A DNA stretch of 64,000 nucleotides from Dicyema japonicum (GCA_011109175.1 RDEW01000018.1:1112372-1176371); one strand, 5' to 3'. Shown: positions 38,230 through 50,589, numbered from the stretch's first letter. Notes: generated by a model from the letters alone, not told the origin. A program made the numbers and translations.

Positions 38230-38950
38230 TTTGGAACAACAATTCGACTTCCCGAAGCTCATTGCTAACTTTCGAAATCATTGACCCAAGTGATCTCAGA
38301 AAAGAGACAGTCTTAGGCCCGAAGACTCCATTCGTCTCGATAACAGTGGCTGTCGTATTTTTATCTTAAAATTCCCGAAAGTCGGAGCAGCCTACCTAGC
38401 TTTCAATGCGATACCAGCAAGTATCGACTAAGAATAGGCATCGGATCAAGAGAGGGCTTCACAACCCCGTTGATGGCTGCATGCCTCGGTAACCGGCCTC
38501 TGCTGAGACGGGAAGAGAGTGGGTGAAGTCCTTTGCAGTCCACAACAGATCCACAATGGCATAGATGAAGCTGGCACAGATCGATCCCGAGACGGATAGA
38601 ATCCTACTCCGGAGGGCGTCCTGTTTCAGAAGGTAACCAATTGACGATGATAAGAATGCGTTCAGCCAATCACCGCTGTGAAAGGAAGAGGCTGCCAGAA
38701 TGCAAGCCCTACGGTGCAAGTCTTCCGTTTGCATAAGGGTATGTGTGAACAGAATGTCGGTCCAGTTTCTCAGTGGGTCTGTATCAAGAGGGGGTTCTCC
38801 GGAAGCCACCGACCAGCTCTTCAACCCATCAGCAATCTTGTCTTCCAGAGCCAACTTGCAGAGATCTGGAAGAATGGTCCGGATGAGAAACACTTAGCAC
38901 GATAAAGAGGACATGAAGGATGGTAAGGAAACGTCCACAACAAATGTTAG
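38230..38950 (-). mobile_element. CRE-clade C-terminal fragment (second family)
   Basis: SGDWLNAF.SSSIG.LL..DALR; CHCG..D.KGLH..C knuckle across a frameshift; RHAAIN. Confidence 0.8.
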
Positions 38951-39341
38951 GCAGATGCCCCCAAATCTGAAGGTATAAAAGCTTGCTTCAATCCAACTTT
39001 ATCGAAATTTATATTAACAATTTCTTCAATAGTCTTGGAGATGTTTAAATTCTCCAGGCTTTTTTAAAAATAGGTATCAAGGAGAGGAACGTACCAAACA
39101 CATTAGCCTTGAAGGAATAAATAATTCTTTAATAGAAAAAAGTATGTGGGTAAATTTCAAGATTAACGCTGGTAATTTCCGAAAGTTTTCTATTAAGAAT
39201 ACAAGGGATAATATCTTTGGAAATGGATAAGCCCAATATGTATATAATTAGACAATTATAACATTTTTAATTATTGTCTAAAAAAATTTATAAATTAAAT
39301 AACTTGGAATATTTTATTAAATTACCGCGCGTATCACTGTG

Positions 39342-39934
39342 ATGTCCTCAAAAATTGTAACCCCTAATTATTATAAGCAGAAGAAAATACTTAACAGCAC
39401 CATCAAAAGTAAAAGAAGAACAGAGAGTAATTCTATCTTTTCTGAAATAGCCCCCCAAACTGATAGATTAAAATCTGTACTTCTTTTTGAACGAATGAGT
39501 GATAATGCAATCCCCCCTTTTCGAAGAGATTCTACCTCACCTGGGATTAACTTATTCAGGTATATAATTGTATGATCTTAGTGCTTACGACTACGTAATC
39601 CCTGCGAACTCTGTGGTATTAGTGAAGACCGACATAAAGATTAAGTTCCCTGAAGGCAGCTATGGAAGAATAGGTTTGGAGTTGTAAGAATAGGTTTGGA
39701 GTTCCTTGCAAAAATCTTGGAAAGAAGCGGGTTTTTCTGAACGGTGAGGTGTTATCATTATTAATAGGAGGAGTCATCGATCCTGATTACAGGGGGAACA
39801 TCGGACTAATTGTGGACAACCATGGGACTTTTGATTTTATTGGTTGCATTTGACTTTATTTAGTAAATCGTGGGGATTCCATTGGACTGATTGTTATTGA
39901 GATGATAGCTCTTCCGGACATTGTTATGAATTGA
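39342..39934 (+). CDS. DUT: Divergent dUTPase homologue (possibly inactive or a pseudogene)
   Basis: SAYDYVIP..VKTDIKIKFPEGSYGRI; GGVIDPDYRGNIG; motif 1 reads PGINL, motif 4 GDSIGLIV, motif 5 not found; 22-nt intron at about 39560-39581. Confidence 0.75.
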
Positions 39935-40100
39935 TTTGTGATTTTGTTTTAATTCCAGTATTTTTGATTTTATTGGTTGTATTTGACTTTATTTAGTAAA
40001 TCGTGGGGATTCCATTGGACTGATTGTTATTGAGATGATAGCTCTTCCGGACATTGTTATGAATTGATTTGTGATTTTGTTTTAATTCCAGTATTTTTGA
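39829..40100. repeat. 133-bp two-copy tandem duplication
   Basis: Copies start at about 39829 and 39962; one mismatch. Confidence 0.95.
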
Positions 40101-40129
40101 TATTTATTAATATTGTGTATTTTATAAAA

Positions 40130-42400
40130 TAGGGATCAATTTGTGTGTCGTAAAGTGATTGAGGACATAGAGGTGAGTCAGAAAAATACAGTCTCGTCTC
40201 TGGTGCCTGCACCTCTTCTCACATTCGATGTTGTTTAGAGTATTTCATAAACCTCCTGAAAAGGGAAGGTTTCTTTTCAAATTGCATATTCCAAGTAGGC
40301 AAGGATCTCTTCTTTGAGTGGTTTTTCGACTGACCTGCAGTTGTCAGAAAATTGCGTGGCCTGTCCGTAGATGTTCCGAAACTGCCTTAACATTAAGCGT
40401 TTTCCTTAATAGGCGTTTTGCATTTCAGTAAAATTCGAAGGCATCGATTTTTTTTATAACTTCAAGCCTGTTTTGTGTTCAGTCTCTTGTGTTACTTGCA
40501 TTGCTTCTTCTGGACTCACTTGCAGAGACTGTAAGATCGTCGGCATAATTTTTTGTGTCACGCTATTTTTTAATTTTGCTTTAAATTCGTTAAATAAAGC
40601 GAATATTTAATTTAAAAAAATAAAATTAATAAATTAGACTAAAAATGAGCTCAAAGATTTTAATTTTATTAATTTTCAAATGAAAATCATAAAAAATATT
40701 GACGAGCAATTTTCATTGACCGTTACTGTACAAAAACCATTCCGGAGAATGCATTTGGTAGTACTTCTAGTATTCTCTTGATTACAGAGGTGTCTACAAA
40801 TATAGTTTGTATCGTCTGCATAGAGATATCTGTTGCATTTGGTAGGAGTTTCTGAAAAACTTTAAAGCAACCTCCATTGATATTATGAAAAAGATTGGAG
40901 ATAATGAATATTCCCGTGGGACACGTCGTATGAAATCCTGTGGACACTTCCCAGTATGACTGTGTTGTCCAGCGACATGTCTATTAAATGAATTTCATTT
41001 CGAAGGTAGCGGACGGACGTAAGCTGCTTAGATGGCCTTTGATTTACAGGTTTTTATTGGGACTAGTAGTCCTTCACAAAGAATTCCTGGATTGTAATAC
41101 ATTCCCGTTCTATTGAAAATTTTCATATAACTCTCGCTAGTTCGATAGACCCGTACTGAAAGGTCCTGTGGTACTCCGTCAGATCCCGGAGATTCACTGG
41201 TATTGAGTTTAGATATCGCAGATAGTGTTTCTTTGATTTTTATTTTGTACTTTAGTGCCTTTGGGTTACCTGGATGCGGGAATTTATGTGACGATCGAAC
41301 AACCTCTCATCATTCTTATATTTTTACCAGCACTTCTCTTCCATTTAGCTGCTTATGCAGCTGTCCGATTTTTGTAAGTGGTCGGTTACAGAGTGTTCGT
41401 AATTCCTTCGATTTGACTGGATTTGTCAATCTTTCTTTTCGTAGAAGTTGCTTCTGTAGAAGCGAGAACTTCTCGGTTTTTGATTTTCTTGAAATCTCGT
41501 CGATTGAGTTGTATCCGTGGCTTTTCTTGCTATAATTTTATTATAGTGACTATTTCCTTCCACTATTCAATCGGGGATATATCTTTCAGTGGTTTCATAC
41601 TTTTGGTCAGGGTGATCCTATATCTTTGTCGGGTTGTTTCATCAAATAACAGACTCCACTGCTATCGGACACTATGCTCTTCCTACAAAGGCACGTGTCA
41701 TACAAAAAAGGGCAACAGCTTTACGATGATCTTTTGACGTCAGGAGATCGTTGTAGGATCTCGAGTCAACTATAATTTCTTTTGGCCTTGTCTGCATACC
41801 ATATACTCGATTTGGTTAGATATCATGATTAATGTGTCATGTTGGGTTCTTCTTGTCACAGTCCACGTGGTAATGTGTGTTTGAATGTGTATTGCAGGTT
41901 CATGTTAAAAATTCAACTATTAGTGTCCAGGAGATTCCTTATGTTTTTCCCATGTGATTCAATACATAGGTCTCATCAGGCTCTCTGTCAGTTATAGCCT
42001 CTAGTCTCCAGCAATAAGAAGCAGTACGATGACATTTCTGCATATACACTTGAGAGGGAATCACAAAACTCTTCTATGTTCCTTGCAACTCTAGTCCCTG
42101 TTGGGACATAAATGTTTATGTAAGAATTCTTACTTTCCCATCACGGATTTTCATAATGCTGAGCCGATCATTGATCCTCTTTATTGTGCTAACATATGGT
42201 TCAATACTCTTAAAGACAGCGAAGCCAATACTACTACAATGTGGGGATTCGGAGGCACATATGTAGTCAACAATATTCATCATGTGTTGCTTCTTTACCT
42301 TCGTTTTTTGTAAACATCAGATTGATACTTTGTAGCTTTTGAGGACATGAGCCAGCTAACGCCTCCTTTGATCATCGTTCAGGCCACTTGCGTTTAGGAA
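40130..42400 (-). mobile_element. Degraded near full-length RTE-type LINE (APE + RT)
   Basis: GFAVFKS..RINDRLSIMKI, INIYVPT (APE); SPGSDGVP; YADDLTV at about 40530-40550. Confidence 0.75.
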
Positions 42401-43009
42401 GCCAAGAGTGAAAGGACCCTTACTGACTTAGCGTGCGCCATGGAGGGTGGTCACCAACGTCCGATATTAAAATTTGATAAAAGTGGAGGAATCAGCAAAA
42501 GGGATATAAATGTCAACAAGAATAAGTAAACCACCCCCAACTGAACTAGTAAAGGTCGGAATAATTTTTGAAATATGGAGACTTGGATTTCGATGTAACC
42601 TTTGTTTATTGAATAAGCAGTGTCCATTTTATAAGCCAAGTAAATTAGTACATTTTCTTGAAAAGTCCGTTTATGTTCAACCGAATCAACTTTGACTGAA
42701 ATGACTCTGGTTCAGAATTAGATTCTCGCCACCACACATGATTAAAGAAATCTGGAAACGTTAGTTTGGCGCCCCTCTCGTAGCCACTAACAAGCAAACT
42801 ATTTTGTAGTCTCTCGATAGGGGAAAGAAGTGGGTTTGTTCGCTACAAAAGTAGGAAATTTTCTACACGAGAAAGTGACACGCATGAAAACCAAAACCTA
42901 ATTTTTTAAATAAAATTAATTATTTGAAAAATAAAATAAATTTTAAATAATAAATCGTGAAATAAACGTGATTCTTGTTTGCCCTTATATACTTTGTAAA
43001 GAAATTTAA

Positions 43010-43470
43010 ATGGAAGTCGAGGAAAGAATATTTTCAGATGATTCTACTTCAGATTCTGACAGAGAGCTACTAGACTTGTATCAAAGGGATATATCAAATC
43101 TGGCCTCTACAAAAGTAGAGAAGAAAAACGACAGGATCAGGATAATGAAGGTTTAACTAGGGTACTATCTCAATTCTCCCAATCCAAGTTAATGTTGATA
43201 GAAAGACTCGATATCCTTGTGAGAGGCCAACAATTCGTTGAATTCCCCGAAAATGAACAGAAAAGTGGAAAAAGTTCAATTAATGTTGATTTCACCGACA
43301 GACGGTCTCGTGAAAAGCTGTCCTTTATGGCGACTCAGAAGACTGTCTCTGAAGGACTCGGCAGATTATACAAACTTGGAGTTCCTCTACCAGACTCGAT
43401 GATTACTTTGCAGAAATGGCCAAATCTGACGTCTACGTGAAAAAAAGTCAGTGTGCGACTGGTAGAATAG
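43010..43470 (+). pseudogene. EBNA1BP2: EBP2 (EBNA1BP2) 5' portion, truncated
   Basis: DSDREL..; IERLDI; GRLYKLGVP..DDYFAEMAKSD; no C-terminal coiled coil follows. Confidence 0.82.
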
Positions 43471-43489
43471 ACCGGGGAAAGATTATTAG

Positions 43490-43745
43490 TTTGATTCTTT
43501 TGTTCCTCCTCTTCCCTTTTGGCTCCAGGGAGCTTCAATTGTTAGCCTGCGTCATGTGGTCAACCATTTCTGGTGGTGCCAGTAATAATCCTAAATTATA
43601 TCTAAAAGGACCATTAGTCAACAACCATCCAGAGGATTTTTCCCTGACGGCACTTGTTTCAAGTCCGAGGATGCTGAGGAGAGCCGGGATCACTTGAATT
43701 TTTTCATTCTGTCTATGACGGTGTTTTTTGGTTCAATAAATTTAA
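43490..43745 (+). mobile_element. LINE 3' end interrupting EBP2
   Basis: Ends RRAGIT* + ACGGTG + AATAAA. Confidence 0.5.
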
Positions 43746-43959
43746 AATATAAACTAGCATCTAAATATTAAATATAGTTTAAAATATACATAAAAACATT
43801 TTGGAAAAACACTATTTTGAAAATGTTGATGTGAGTAATCATTTGCGATAATTGAAATAGCCACATAAAGAACTCCAAAAGAACATGTAGTATTCACTGT
43901 ATCTTAAAAGTTTCTTTTGTTCCCTTTCTCCTTAAACTATTGTCGGAAGATGCCTGAAC

Positions 43960-45310
43960 CTTTATGACGCATCCTGATGGTATACGAACAAGGGATATTT
44001 TAGATTTTTTTATTGCGCCCATATTTGAGCTCATCGAGATCGGTGAAAACAGATTATTGAGAACTGAAGAGTCCTGTGGGAATTTTGTTGTGGAATTCCC
44101 AGCATTGACCTTGACCTCTTTGTATTCTGCTTTAACAACCCAGAAGATGCTAGCTTATTTGAAAGGGATCTCAATGCAAAGTTGCCTTTTGGGGATAATG
44201 GACACAAACTTACACGAACTAAGTTGCCACCCTCGGAAATTGTATTAAAAAATTCACCAACGTGGGTAGAACTTGAAGAGCTTAATGAATACCTTGCCAC
44301 TATTATATCTTCAGAGTCAACTATCAAAAGATTTGAAAAACGTGGCGAAAGATTACCTATGGCAAAACTAATAATAGAAAACCGTGGAGAAGCTCAGTCT
44401 TTAATTAGACTTGGTTTTAAAATTGGTTTCTCACAAGTCACAGCTGAATGGTTTAAAAAACCTAAAATTCAATGCTTTCGTTGCCAGTTATTCGGTCATA
44501 TTGCGCGTTTCTGCAAAAACGTTGAAAGATGTTTGATTTGCTCAGGAAACCACAGAAGGTGTCAACTTGACTTAAAGAACGGTAAAAATTGCATAAATTG
44601 TGGATCAACTAACCTCATGGCTAACTACGGAGGTTGTTCTTGTGCAAAAGCAGCCAATAAACTCAAGATGGATAAATTCTTACCTCAAAGTAAGTCAACT
44701 TGACTTAAAGAACGGTAAAAATTGCATAAATTGTGGATCAACTAACCTCATGGCTAACTACGGAGGTTGTTCTTGTGCAAAAGCAGCTAATAAACTCAAG
44801 ATGGATAAATTCTTACCTCAAAGTAAACCTCGCAATAAAAGTGTTGCTAAAGGAAGTAATGTTGCCAGGAAGATCGGAGACAATAAAGATTTGGCCAAGC
44901 CAACTCGAACAAGATGGAATCCGATCACTCCTAAGAATACGACCTTGGATTTTGGAATGCAGACGGATAGACCACCAGTGTCCTCCGTTGACAGTGGATC
45001 TCAAACACAGTCACTAAGTCAATCAGCGAATACAAATGATCCGAATGGACGGAAGAACCCACGGTAAACAGAAATGTTCAGGAAGAGGAACGTTTTCATA
45101 ATATTGTTGAACAATTATCTAAAAATATTAAAAACATGACAAGAACGAAGAAGGATGCCAAGTTTTTACTTGGTCTGGTGGCGCTCCTAAGAAGAGAGGA
45201 CAGCAACCAAATAAGTCAGATATAACCAGGATTACCCTGGTTAATGCCCGCTCTCTTAAGAAGCGGGCTGCGGAGCTGGTAGCCCTTACCAGCGCTGTTG
45301 AGATGGATGT
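43960..45310 (+). mobile_element. I/Jockey-group LINE ORF1 (gag-like, CCHC knuckles) + start of APE
   Basis: QCFRCQLFGHIARFC, RCLICSGNHRRC, NCINCGS..GGC; then VNARSLKK..DVLII (APE). Confidence 0.88.
44561..44826. repeat. 133-bp two-copy tandem duplication in ORF1
   Basis: Copies start at 44561 and 44694; one mismatch. Confidence 0.95.
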
Positions 45311-45319
45311 ATTAATTAT

Positions 45320-45880
45320 TAATAAAACAACTTTTCATTATTCTTTGTGATAACAGTGTCTCGCTGTCATAATGTGATAGTCGGCATAAGACAGAAGGAT
45401 GGTGTTTTGAGAGTTTGGAGTTGGAAAGTCTCTTGTAAATAGACTGAATATAGCCGGCGATAGTGGGGATCCTTGAGGGACCCCATTTGGGAGTGTGTCG
45501 TAGTTTTGATTTTCGATTGTTCATTACAGCCTAACCTCTTATGTCTTCGATGAATGTGTGGAAGTTGAATGTAGGGATCTGAATTTCGGGAAGCTGTAAC
45601 GAGAGAGCAATCTTCTGAAGGATTAATTTTTCTAGTATCTGCGAAAGTCCAAAGAGGATTGATACTGGACGGTAAGACCGGGGGTCGTCCAGAGACTTGT
45701 TTCGTTTCGGGATTGGACGTATCAGGGGTTAGATGTGATTTAAATTCGTTATCCGTCGATCACTGTCCTCGAGAAGCTCATTAAGTGCTGAAAGTTTCCT
45801 TGATCAGTACTCTGTCACTGAAATACGGATGCTCCTATCAAACTCGTGGGTGCGAGTTCTCTAATCGTCCACCTGCGATC
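45320..45880 (-). mobile_element. LINE RT fragment in opposite orientation
   Basis: SYRPVSIL..LEKLI; GVPQGSPLSPAIF. Confidence 0.75.
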
Positions 45881-46061
45881 TCACCGTTTACCGGAAGTGC
45901 TTCCGCTAATGTTTGGGAAGGAACTTGATCAAGTGTCTTCCTTCAGGACTACACGTGAACAATCTTGTTTCCAAATGAGTTTCTTGGTTCTTTTCAGAAA
46001 CACATGAAACCATGTTCCTATAGACTCTTGAGAGTGGATAGGGATGGACTCTGACGAAGGA

Positions 46062-46340
46062 AGAAGACTTCCGTTTTTGAATACCCCAGTCCATAAATTA
46101 TAAAGGAAGTAACTCAAGTTATTTCCTAAAATGCCGCATTACGGTAACCACGGCATATAAATAGACAAATTCTACGACCGTCAAACTTTGTTATGGAAAT
46201 AGAAGACTTCCGTTTTTGAATACCCCAGTCCATAAATTATAAAGGAAGTAACTCAAGTTATTTCCTAAAATGCCGCATTACGGAAACCACGGCATATAAA
46301 TAGACAAATTCTACGACCGTCAAACTTTGTTATGGAAATT
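46062..46340. repeat. 139-bp two-copy tandem duplication covering the promoter/ATG of the orphan ORF
   Basis: Copies start at 46062 and 46201; one mismatch; contain TATAAAGG and TATAAATAG. Confidence 0.95.
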
Positions 46341-47294
46341 AATAAATACGATTCATTTTCCTCAAATTTACCCCACGATGATTTGCGTCTACCTCCACCT
46401 CCGATGGAGACAAAGAAGGCCAAGAGAATAAGATTTAAATCATTACCGCCTTATTCTATTTTGACGACAAGAAGCTCGAAACCAAACCTAAATGAGTGTT
46501 CCACAGTTAAGGCAAATAAACAAGAAAAGGGTACCAAAAGACCTCGGAGTCGAAGTAGAAAAGACTCTAAAAAAACGTTGCCCACCTCTGCATTTTGGAA
46601 TATGGACATTTTAAATATTTTTGGTATTTCAGCAGAGGATGAGCCAACAAATATATCAGATGAATGTACTATGTCCCCCACTGTAAACGAAGTGCCTGAA
46701 ATTGTTGAATCTCCCGCAAAAATCCCCAAAATACACGAGTTTTCAATTCTCCCTGCGAGGGGAACTAAATTCTCCAAATATGAGTTTATGGTAAACAACT
46801 TGAAACTCGAGAAGAAAAACGAATTTATGCAGGGATCTGATGATTGTACTACGCAGTGTCTTCTAAATGACATGTACAACGACTCATTACTGAATCGCAT
46901 CAATGTTAATCCTGTCATTTACGCGGCTTTCATCGACTGTTTAAGGCATTACCCTAAAAATGACTCATTTGATCGCCAAACTATGAGCTATCACATTGGT
47001 GGTGATTCATTTTTGGTACCTCATGGAATTGGTAATGATTATCCAATATTTAAAGATGACCATGATGTGGAGAGGATCGTAAAGGTTCTATATGATGGTG
47101 CTGAAATTCTGGGACTAAAGCGTGATGACGATGTTTACGTTCGAATTGTTGACATGGCCAAAATTTTGTTCAAGTCGAGACGTTTTGCTGAATTTCACAA
47201 AATATGTGAAAATTTGAAAATCCCAGTATTATCGACTTTTTCACATGATAGGTCCTTTTCAGTAAGGAAAAGGAGTTACATGAACTCGAATTGA
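46332..47294 (+). CDS. Intronless 320-aa orphan protein (basic N-terminus, predicted helical C-terminus)
   Basis: Uninterrupted 963-nt ORF, upstream TATA boxes, downstream AATAAA; no family recognised. Confidence 0.7.
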   Translation: MEINKYDSFSSNLPHDDLRLPPPPMETKKAKRIRFKSLPPYSILTTRSSKPNLNECSTVKANKQEKGTKRPRSRSRKDSKKTLPTSAFWNMDILNIFGISAEDEPTNISDECTMSPTVNEVPEIVESPAKIPKIHEFSILPARGTKFSKYEFMVNNLKLEKKNEFMQGSDDCTTQCLLNDMYNDSLLNRINVNPVIYAAFIDCLRHYPKNDSFDRQTMSYHIGGDSFLVPHGIGNDYPIFKDDHDVERIVKVLYDGAEILGLKRDDDVYVRIVDMAKILFKSRRFAEFHKICENLKIPVLSTFSHDRSFSVRKRSYMNSN

Positions 47295-47499
47295 TCTCTT
47301 TTACTCGCCCCGATAGAGACCAGCGCATAATTGGACTTTCTTATTTGAATCGATTCTTTGATCAAATTAGGGAGTTGTTGCGTTGACATTTTTAAATTAA
47401 CATTTTTGTAAATAAACATTGTTTTGTACTTTCATGGCTGTAAGCTTAAAATAAAGTAACTTCCTTAATAGAGGAACTAACTTGTACGATCGTTCCTCT

Positions 47500-48460
47500 G
47501 CTTCCAGACCAATGTCCTACTGTGTCTTTGATTACTTTAGCTGAATTAAAAATTTGTATTGAGGACAATATTGTTGGTTTTACAACTTCAAGCCTCGGGT
47601 TGCTGCTTTGAGGACGATCCTCGAAGCATTGAAGTGAGGCTGGAAGTTCAGAAACTTAAGAAATTAGATGAAACTGATATTTTTCGTTCAACTCATTACA
47701 CGAGTCCCTTGCATTCTTCGAAGACATCGAACGTAATTCAGCCCGTAGAATACCTAACTATTCTGAATATCAACAATCACTAACCGACACTCCAATCCTG
47801 CCCTCCATTGACAGGACCTCCCGGCACGTTGTTTGCAACAAGATGTTCCCATAGACTATTCTTACATTCATACAGAGATGTCTGAAATCATTTCTCTTTG
47901 GTAGAATGGGACGTACCCTGGTTATGTCAGAGAAATCTCGTGACCTTTACCTCCCAAACGGAGTCCCACAAGGTCTGCCCTCTCTCCGGCTTTGTTCAAC
48001 CTTCGCCTGAGCAGCTGGAAGATGCGCTTGTGATGACTTGATCTTCGTTTGGGAGAGAAACATTATTTCCGCCTCTTGATTCTCTAGAACTACGTGACTC
48101 CCTCTTGGGCCTCATCCTCGCAGCCTCTAATATCCAAAAATTTCAGAGTCAAAAATGGACCTTTTTGAACAATTATTGGATGCAAAAAATTTCACCGTCC
48201 GACCACCTCCACTTGGAAGCCACCAATCTCCCAGTGGAAGATCACCTCTGTATGAGGAACCTCCAATTATTAAATGAAACCACAGAATCAGACCACTCTT
48301 GCTACTTCTTGACTTACACGAAGAACTTCAGAAAAATAATTCCGAAAAATAATTACCACATCATTCCTGTTTCGTTATTTGGCTAGAATTCGTCAACCTC
48401 TTCCGAATAAAACCAAGTCAAAGACAATACATGACTCCTACAAGTGGTGAATTCCAGAGG
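47500..48460 (+). mobile_element. Degraded Jockey/I-like RT fragment
   Basis: NGVPQG..SPALFNL at about 47957-48002; remainder decayed. Confidence 0.55.
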
Positions 48461-48619
48461 TTTTACTGTGATTTACTGAGATTAAATCAATAAAATAACA
48501 TTAATTTACTCCAGTCTGCCATACTACTCAAAAATAAGTTTTATTGAGTAGTAACCTCTCTTAATCACAGTTAATTCTCTATTTACCCCCGACCCTTTCA
48601 CTGTAATCTCGTGGCTATC

Positions 48620-49108
48620 AGAAGTTAATTCTTATAAACATGGCTGATTTTCAAAGTCGGGCGGAAGTGGCGGAATATCTCAGACGAGTGTCTTTCATAA
48701 TAAAAGTCAACCAACCATTCGGAATGCCTATCAATTTGATGTTGGAAGATGACTTTCTGATCTCTTTAAATATCTTCCTTTCCCTCTCACCAATCAGAGA
48801 AACAGCCCTTAGCCTTAAAACCCTGACAACCTCCCACTCTTTGATGCCCTAGCTGTCCTCCCAATACGGTGGATGTACAGTTTTAAAGTTGACGGCATAT
48901 TATAGTTAATGACCTTTAATATAATATCAATTCCACAGTTTCAATGTAATCAACATCCAACCCACATGCCGCCAAATCAGTGGCTAAAAGGACATTGAAT
49001 CTTTCAAGTTTGAATAAACTAAGCATCTCACATCGCTGAGACTGAGTCAAATCCCCATGAAGTTCCCCCACTGATATTCCAAACAAACCCAAAACCACGT
49101 GCAACCAT
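48620..49108 (-). CDS. DDX27: DDX27/DRS1 DEAD-box helicase, 3' half (helicase C domain)
   Basis: [56 protein letters not shown]; 23-24 nt introns. Confidence 0.9.
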
Positions 49109-49659
49109 ACAAAGCCAAAACCAAGACACTCTTCTGAGATTAAGTAACCTTTGCCTCACTAAGTTGTAGGAGGGCAGCAGCTATTAAATAGGATGCTATA
49201 GATGCCGATCAATCTCATAGATCGGTCAGTCCCGGTATTGTAGACGAACGTTGTGCTAATTCATGACATTCAAATAATTGTTTTGTTGTCAACTCATTAA
49301 GGTTGCAAGAGGGAAAGAGGACATCGTACGTCGGTAGAGAGGGTGCCCACATTGTAGACGAGTCAGGTTTACCCAGACGTCTCTCAGAAGAGAGGATTCT
49401 GATTGGTCTATCGGAGGAGGGGTGGGTGTAGTATTTCATTATCATCGAATAATAATAATAATCGTGTATTCCTTTGGTAACTCGTATAAGCTTGTCTTAA
49501 GGAAGAAAGGAATTAGTTAATGATTCTCGGATGTTATGTTATTATTCCCAGGCTAACAATCTTTGGTAAGCCCAGCACAAGCAGTCATAATTACACGTGA
49601 CAGTAAGGACTGGTTCTCTGCCTGTTTGTTTATTGGTTATTCAAGGGTTGTAAGAATGT

Positions 49660-50585
49660 ATGCGAGAGCTTTACCACCTTTGAGGAGACTAGTCTATCAA
49701 GACCTCTTTTAAAAGTATCTTCTTCTTGTTATAAAGTCCCTAAATGATTTGTCCATTACAGCTCCAACTCCTATTCAGTCCAAAGTCATCCCGATTGCCC
49801 TTTCTGGGAGGGATCTTTGTGCACGAGCACCCACTGGATCTGGTTTTCAGTCCTCATTATAATAGGAAAGACCGCTGCCTATATTCTTCCCACATTGGAA
49901 AGACTCCTGTTTATACAGAACTACGACAACATTACTCGTGTCCTCATTTTAGTGCCCACAAGGGAACTGGCCATTCAAGTCAATCACGTTACCTCCCAAT
50001 TGGCCAAATATATGACGATTAATATATCAGTTGTCACTGGTAGGTTCACGTGGGTTATTTTAGGTGGTCTTCCAATTGATCCCCACAGAACGATGCAGTG
50101 AGCTGCCCAGACATTCTCATTGCCACTCCGGGACGACTAATAGATTTAATTAGCAACAGGAAGGTCGATTTGAGAACCATAGAGGTTCTAATTCTAGACG
50201 AGGCTGATAGGTACAGTTATTTGCTTATTTAGAATGTTGGATGATCACTTTTATGAGCAAATCAAAGTTATAATGACTTCTCTGTCCTCCCATAGACAAA
50301 CTATGCTCCTCTCTGCTACAATGACCGACCAAGCACGTGAACTTTCCAACCTTATACAAAAGTCCCCAGTAAATGTGGTTGTTAATGACAAATCTGTTGG
50401 AAATTTGAGTCAGGAGTATGTTAGGATTAGGCCGGGACATGAGAAAGATCGTCCGACTGTACTTGCATGTTGCTTTGTGTAGTTTATTCTAGGTTTGTTG
50501 AGAAATGTGTTTAAAAGAAGGGTGATCGTCTTTGTTGGGACCAAAAAGGTAGTGAGATGGTTGCACGTGGTTTTGGGTTTGTTTG
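49660..50585 (+). CDS. DDX27: DDX27/DRS1 DEAD-box helicase, 5' half (DEAD domain)
   Basis: [82 protein letters not shown]; ends WLHVVLGLF. Confidence 0.92.
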
Positions 50586-50589
50586 ACAG

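Noticed and set aside
46451-46918. Antisense and alternative-frame ORFs from the six-frame track (e.g. 46451-46918, 27593-27964, 32719-33057, 41203-41737)
   Set aside because: Shadows of real genes or TEs on the other strand or frame, with no independent motifs.
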